A stretch of 64,000 nt of DNA from an archaeon. Its GTDB lineage: Archaea; Nanobdellota; Nanobdellia; Pacearchaeales; GW2011-AR1. A program made the position numbers and the translations under genes. The notes under the pieces were generated by a model. The model did not search any database, was not told the DNA's origin, and saw only the letters and a program-made list of their open reading frames with translations. How positions within the stretch are numbered: the stretch's first letter is position 1; every line of letters begins with the position of its first letter. Location of the stretch: positions 14,472 to 78,471 of the forward strand of contig JAUWIJ010000002.1 of assembly GCA_030605415.1 (NCBI GenBank). The letters are read 5' to 3'. Positions 60,269 through 64,000 of the stretch are shown in pieces.

Positions 60269-60652
60269 TTAAATAATTTCCAAACTTTTTTTGCCCCGAA
60301 CTGTCAGAATTTTATTATTAATCCTATTCTTTAAATTTTTATCGAGTGTCGCCAAAACAATATCCTTGTCAACAATATAATTTACGATTTTGATATCAAC
60401 GTTCGGGTTTTTACCAGGAAGGTCAATAATTTGTGGATTAAGATTTTTCACAATCTCGGAACTTAATCTCGCAGCATCCCTATCCGGAAGTCTCATTCCC
60501 TTTCTATCTTTCAAAATATCAAGTTCATTCAGAACATCTTGCGGAACAATCCACTCTATTTTCTGGTCGACAATTTTATTTGTACGGCTAGGGAAATCAA
60601 TCTTCTGCTTTACGCACGTCAAAATAAAATTTGTGTCAAGCAGTATTTTCAT
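60269..60652 (-). CDS. PIN-domain protein (Fcf1/Utp23-like)
   Basis: LLDTNF, VLNEL, VD, ATLD; conserved position upstream of rpoE'. Confidence 0.88.
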   Translation of the reverse strand: MKILLDTNFILTCVKQKIDFPSRTNKIVDQKIEWIVPQDVLNELDILKDRKGMRLPDRDAARLSSEIVKNLNPQIIDLPGKNPNVDIKIVNYIVDKDIVLATLDKNLKNRINNKILTVRGKKSLEII

Positions 60653-60702
60653 ATTATTAAAAGTTTAAGAAGATTTATATAACTTCTCATCTTGCATTAT
60701 TT

Positions 60703-61263
60703 ATGAAAGAGGTTGAGAACGTTTTACGAATCTTGAAAGAGACGAAACAATTTATTGAAGAAGATAATTCATTCAAACTGAAAACACTATCAAATCAGAC
60801 GATACACTCGGCGACGATTTCGCAGGACGGAGACAATATTATTGTTGCTGTTTTAGTTTATTCCTTGGGAAAAGTCTTAGAACGAAATCACTATCGGAAC
60901 ATGGATGGATGGACGGAATTTTATAATTCGGTAACAAAAAACTTAAAATTAACGATTCGCGCAGTGGAAAGAAAAAACATAGATAATGCAAGAATTTATC
61001 TGGGCAGAATTCGAAATTCGCTAAATAGAATTGAGGGAGATTTAAGCAGATACATCAAAGATGTTTTTAAGAAGGCAGAAATAAACAAGGCATTTAAATT
61101 ATATGAACATGGTTTGTCGACGGAGAAAACGGCAGAATTACTGGGAATAAGTTTGTGGGATTTGGCGTCGTATATCGGGCAGTCATCAATCGGGGATGCG
61201 AAGGTTGCGATTTCGATGCCGGTTGTAAAGAGAATCAAAATTGCGGAGGATATTTTTAGATGA
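60703..61263 (+). CDS. Hypothetical protein with C-terminal HTH
   Basis: YEHGLSTEKTAELLGISLW. Confidence 0.65.
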   Translation: MKEVENVLRILKETKQFIEEDNSFKLKTLSNQTIHSATISQDGDNIIVAVLVYSLGKVLERNHYRNMDGWTEFYNSVTKNLKLTIRAVERKNIDNARIYLGRIRNSLNRIEGDLSRYIKDVFKKAEINKAFKLYEHGLSTEKTAELLGISLWDLASYIGQSSIGDAKVAISMPVVKRIKIAEDIFR

Positions 61264-61772
61264 AGAAACCCATGATTGTTGTGTTGAGAGGAAAGCCAAC
61301 TTCTGGCAAATCTACTGCGTGGCATAATCTTCGAAAAAAGAAAGAGTTGAAAGAATGGATTTTTGTTGACAATGCTTCGATTAAAGAGATGTATGATAAT
61401 CTTCCGAATGAAGAAAGAAAGAAGTTGGGAAATAATTCTCTTTTTGAGATTTTGAAAATTACTATGAAAACGCGAAGGAATATTTTAATTGAAGAGATGT
61501 CTGAAGCTACTTTAATGAAACATATTGAACGTTGGATTATAAAATATAATTATAAAATTGTTACTTTTCAGTTTGAAGTTTCTCGGAAAACTGCATACAA
61601 ACGTGATATTCAAAGAACTAAAGATAAGTGGCATCCATTTATGGGAAAGAAATTAGTTAATGATTTGCATGATTATCATGAGGAGAAATTTGATAAAAAT
61701 GGCATATTGGTTGATTGTAATAAACTTGGGAAAAAGGCTGTCGTTAAATTTATATTAGGAAAAATAAAATGA
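61260..61772 (+). CDS. P-loop nucleotide kinase (AAA_33-like)
   Basis: RGKPTSGKST. Confidence 0.75.
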   Translation: MKKPMIVVLRGKPTSGKSTAWHNLRKKKELKEWIFVDNASIKEMYDNLPNEERKKLGNNSLFEILKITMKTRRNILIEEMSEATLMKHIERWIIKYNYKIVTFQFEVSRKTAYKRDIQRTKDKWHPFMGKKLVNDLHDYHEEKFDKNGILVDCNKLGKKAVVKFILGKIK

Positions 61773-62443
61773 AATACTTAATCTTCGACGCAGGACCGAT
61801 TATTTCGTTGACGATGAATGGAATGTTGTCAGTGATTGAAAAGCTAAAAAAAGTTTTTGACGGAGAATTTATTTTGACACCACAAGTTAAAAACGAGGTT
61901 GTTGATAAGCCAATGAAAATTAAAAAATATAAGCTGGAAGCAATCAGGGTTAAAGATATGATTGATAGAGGTATTCTTAAAATGTCGTCAGAAATTATTC
62001 CGAATCAAAAGTTAGATAGAGAAATAAAGAGGATTTTAAAAATTACAAATGGAACTTTGAGAGCAGTACAAACTGGAGAAAAAATTAAAATTATTCACGA
62101 CGGCGAGGCAGCGTGTCTTGCGTTTTCAAATTTATGTGGGACGGATAATGTGATTGTAATTGACGAGAGAACGACGAGGATGCTAATAGAGGCACCGCAC
62201 AATTTAGAAAAGATGATGGGGAAAAAACTACACACACCATTGAAAGCAAATCTATCGCTATTAGACGAATTGAAAAATTCTAAGTTCATTAGGTCAGCAG
62301 AATTGCTGTTTATTGCATACAAAAAAGGCATAATTCCTATTAAAAAAAGTAGAGATTTATTAGACGCTTTGCTTTATGGGGTTAAATTTAAAGGAGCGGC
62401 AATTAGTTCTGTAGAAATTGAAGAGATGAAGAGACTGGCTTGA
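61769..62443 (+). CDS. PIN-like domain protein
   Basis: IFDAGPII, V..EV, HDGEAA, IDER. Confidence 0.7.
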   Translation: MKYLIFDAGPIISLTMNGMLSVIEKLKKVFDGEFILTPQVKNEVVDKPMKIKKYKLEAIRVKDMIDRGILKMSSEIIPNQKLDREIKRILKITNGTLRAVQTGEKIKIIHDGEAACLAFSNLCGTDNVIVIDERTTRMLIEAPHNLEKMMGKKLHTPLKANLSLLDELKNSKFIRSAELLFIAYKKGIIPIKKSRDLLDALLYGVKFKGAAISSVEIEEMKRLA

Positions 62444-62510
62444 TAATTAGTGGCTCCGAAACCTTTTTTAAGGTGCAAACATTTAAATATATTATATTCT
62501 TAGTGATAGT

Positions 62511-62999
62511 ATGAAATGGACAGATGATGAGAAAAAAGTATTAATAGAAAAATATTCTTCGAGTATTAATTTAATGGAATTAGGTAACCAATTAAATAAA
62601 AGCGTTAGGGCAATTAAGCATAAAGCTGCACGACTTGGGCTATCAAGAGGACGAGCACCTGTTAATAAACCAAAAAACAAGAATTACAGGAAAAAAGTTG
62701 ACAAATTTTATTATGAGAATAATAAAAAGAAAATTTATGATAGCAAGGTAAGGCGATTGAAAAATAGAAAAATTAATTTGATAAATATTTTGGGTGGAAA
62801 GTGTTCTAAATGTGGCTATCATAAATGTGTTGCTGCACTTGAATTTCATCACAATGGGGGCAACAAAGAGGGGAATATTGCTCATATAATAAAGAATTTT
62901 TCGCAAGGGAAGGCTTTAAAAGAAATAAAGAAGTGTATATTATTGTGTGCGAATTGCCATAGAGAAATACACCATAAGGGAATATCGGATAATGCTTAG
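62511..62999 (+). CDS. HNH endonuclease with N-terminal Myb-like HTH
   Basis: WTDDEK..AIKHKAARLGL; CSKCG, LEFHH, LLCANCHREIH. Confidence 0.85.
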   Translation: MKWTDDEKKVLIEKYSSSINLMELGNQLNKSVRAIKHKAARLGLSRGRAPVNKPKNKNYRKKVDKFYYENNKKKIYDSKVRRLKNRKINLINILGGKCSKCGYHKCVAALEFHHNGGNKEGNIAHIIKNFSQGKALKEIKKCILLCANCHREIHHKGISDNA

Positions 63000-63065
63000 T
63001 CTACTCGGCTCCAGAAATTTATTTGGGGACCCCGAGGGGTGGGGGTTGAATTCCTCCTATTCCCA
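62978..63065 (+). tRNA. tRNA-Trp(CCA) with 16-nt intron (63015-63030)
   Basis: GGGAATA/TATTCCC acceptor, CTCGG-CT-CCA-G|C-CCGAG, BHB helix CTCC/GGGG; atypical D and T loops. Confidence 0.85.
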
Positions 63066-63130
63066 TTTTTAATTTTATACATTAATATTTAATCGTTACC
63101 TTTATAAAATGACAATACTCTTACACAATA

Positions 63131-63385
63131 ATGGGTTCATCAATTATCAAGAAAAAATTAAGAGAAAAAATTTGTCGGACATGTCCATATGAATGTAAAC
63201 ATTATAACGGTAAAAACGCACCCTTTACAGCTAATAAATCACACTCCATTCCCCATGGGCTGGTAGTCGGAAACGGATATGCTCTTGAATTATATCAATA
63301 TTGTAAACATTATGATCCATTTAATTTTAATAAACAAATTAAGTTACCCGAATTCTTGACTGAAGATATGAAAAATTTTGCATGA
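63131..63385 (+). CDS. Small Cys/His-rich hypothetical protein
   Basis: TATA upstream; CRTCPYEC..YCKH. Confidence 0.5.
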   Translation: MGSSIIKKKLREKICRTCPYECKHYNGKNAPFTANKSHSIPHGLVVGNGYALELYQYCKHYDPFNFNKQIKLPEFLTEDMKNFA

Positions 63386-63432
63386 GTTCGACTCCCCAAT
63401 ACTTTTATAAATAAGAACTTCTTAATTTTAGT

Positions 63433-63891
63433 ATGGTGAAAAAGGTGACGAAGAAAACGATTACTGAAACGATTAGTGATGACGGTTCCAAGAAAACAAC
63501 TGTGAAAGAACATCCTCCAAAAGAGACTGAGAAAAAATCAGCAAAAAATAAAATGACAGCAAAAGAAAGGGAAGAACTTTTGATTGAGAATTTTGTGGGG
63601 TTACAACATGCAATGACAAATATGTCTATTAAATTTGGATTGCTTTCAGATAATATTAGTAAATTATTGCAAGTTTTTGAAGAAGCCGCAAAGAATTTTA
63701 TTTCAGGTGGAAAGAATAACGACAAGGATATGTTGAGCAAAATTGATTCGTTATTAAATCAAAATAAAACAATTGCGAAAGGATTGGTTTTAATGGAAGG
63801 GAAGTTGAGGGGGCGAGCTGAGGAGCCACAAATGGTGCAACCTAAAATCGAGGCGCCCCATATTAGACCAAAGCCACTTCCAAACATATGA
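63433..63891 (+). CDS. Hypothetical coiled-coil protein
   Basis: LIENFVGLQ..LLNQNKTIAKGL..PKPLP. Confidence 0.65.
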   Translation: MVKKVTKKTITETISDDGSKKTTVKEHPPKETEKKSAKNKMTAKEREELLIENFVGLQHAMTNMSIKFGLLSDNISKLLQVFEEAAKNFISGGKNNDKDMLSKIDSLLNQNKTIAKGLVLMEGKLRGRAEEPQMVQPKIEAPHIRPKPLPNI

Positions 63892-64000
63892 GCTCTGAAG
63901 AAATTTCTACAATAGCCATTAACCCATTTATCTGTAAGTTTGTATTTGCAATTATTCAGTCCATTCGGGTTAAGGAGTTTCCTCATGAAGAAAAGCACGT

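Noticed and set aside
63759-63998. Minus-strand ORF at the window end
   Set aside because: Overlaps a better plus-strand gene, has no motif, and its context is truncated.

Overview
AT-rich archaeal chromosome segment, most consistent with a DPANN archaeon (Pacearchaeota/Nanoarchaeota-like; inferred from archaeal RNAP and ribosomal genes, bulge-helix-bulge (BHB) intron tRNAs and a tRNA-Ile with anticodon UAU). Housekeeping content: thrS, trpS, tyrS, hisS, pyrB, ychF, an iscS/iscU/ferredoxin cluster, a glycolysis/sugar cluster (gap, pgk, pfkB, class I fba, tpi, PMI cupin, ROK, GHMP kinase, GH130, GT4), scpA and rpoE'-spt4-rps24e-rps27ae. There are four tRNAs: Ile-UAU (intron), Glu-UUC, His-GUG and Trp-CCA (intron). 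The main accessory feature is a ~5.7 kb element integrated at the 5' half of tRNA-Ile. It has a PICI/SaPI-satellite-like layout: integrase, divergent regulator pair with operator repeats, small ORFs, D5/SF3 helicase, inverted 3+3 iterons, a dif-like site and a micro membrane peptide. A second islet sits on the 3' side of the same tRNA. Other oddities: a tandem array of promoter-associated tRNA-Glu pseudo-copies with variable hairpin inserts, a sigma70-region-2/DUF4046 fusion, a chimeric ThrRS, a bacterial/poxvirus-type Topo IB, a CC1-like chromatin protein, a tRNA-Trp with a flipped C19-G56 pair overlapped by an HNH gene, and small multi-hairpin insertion elements. All family calls come from motif recognition by eye; no database search was run.
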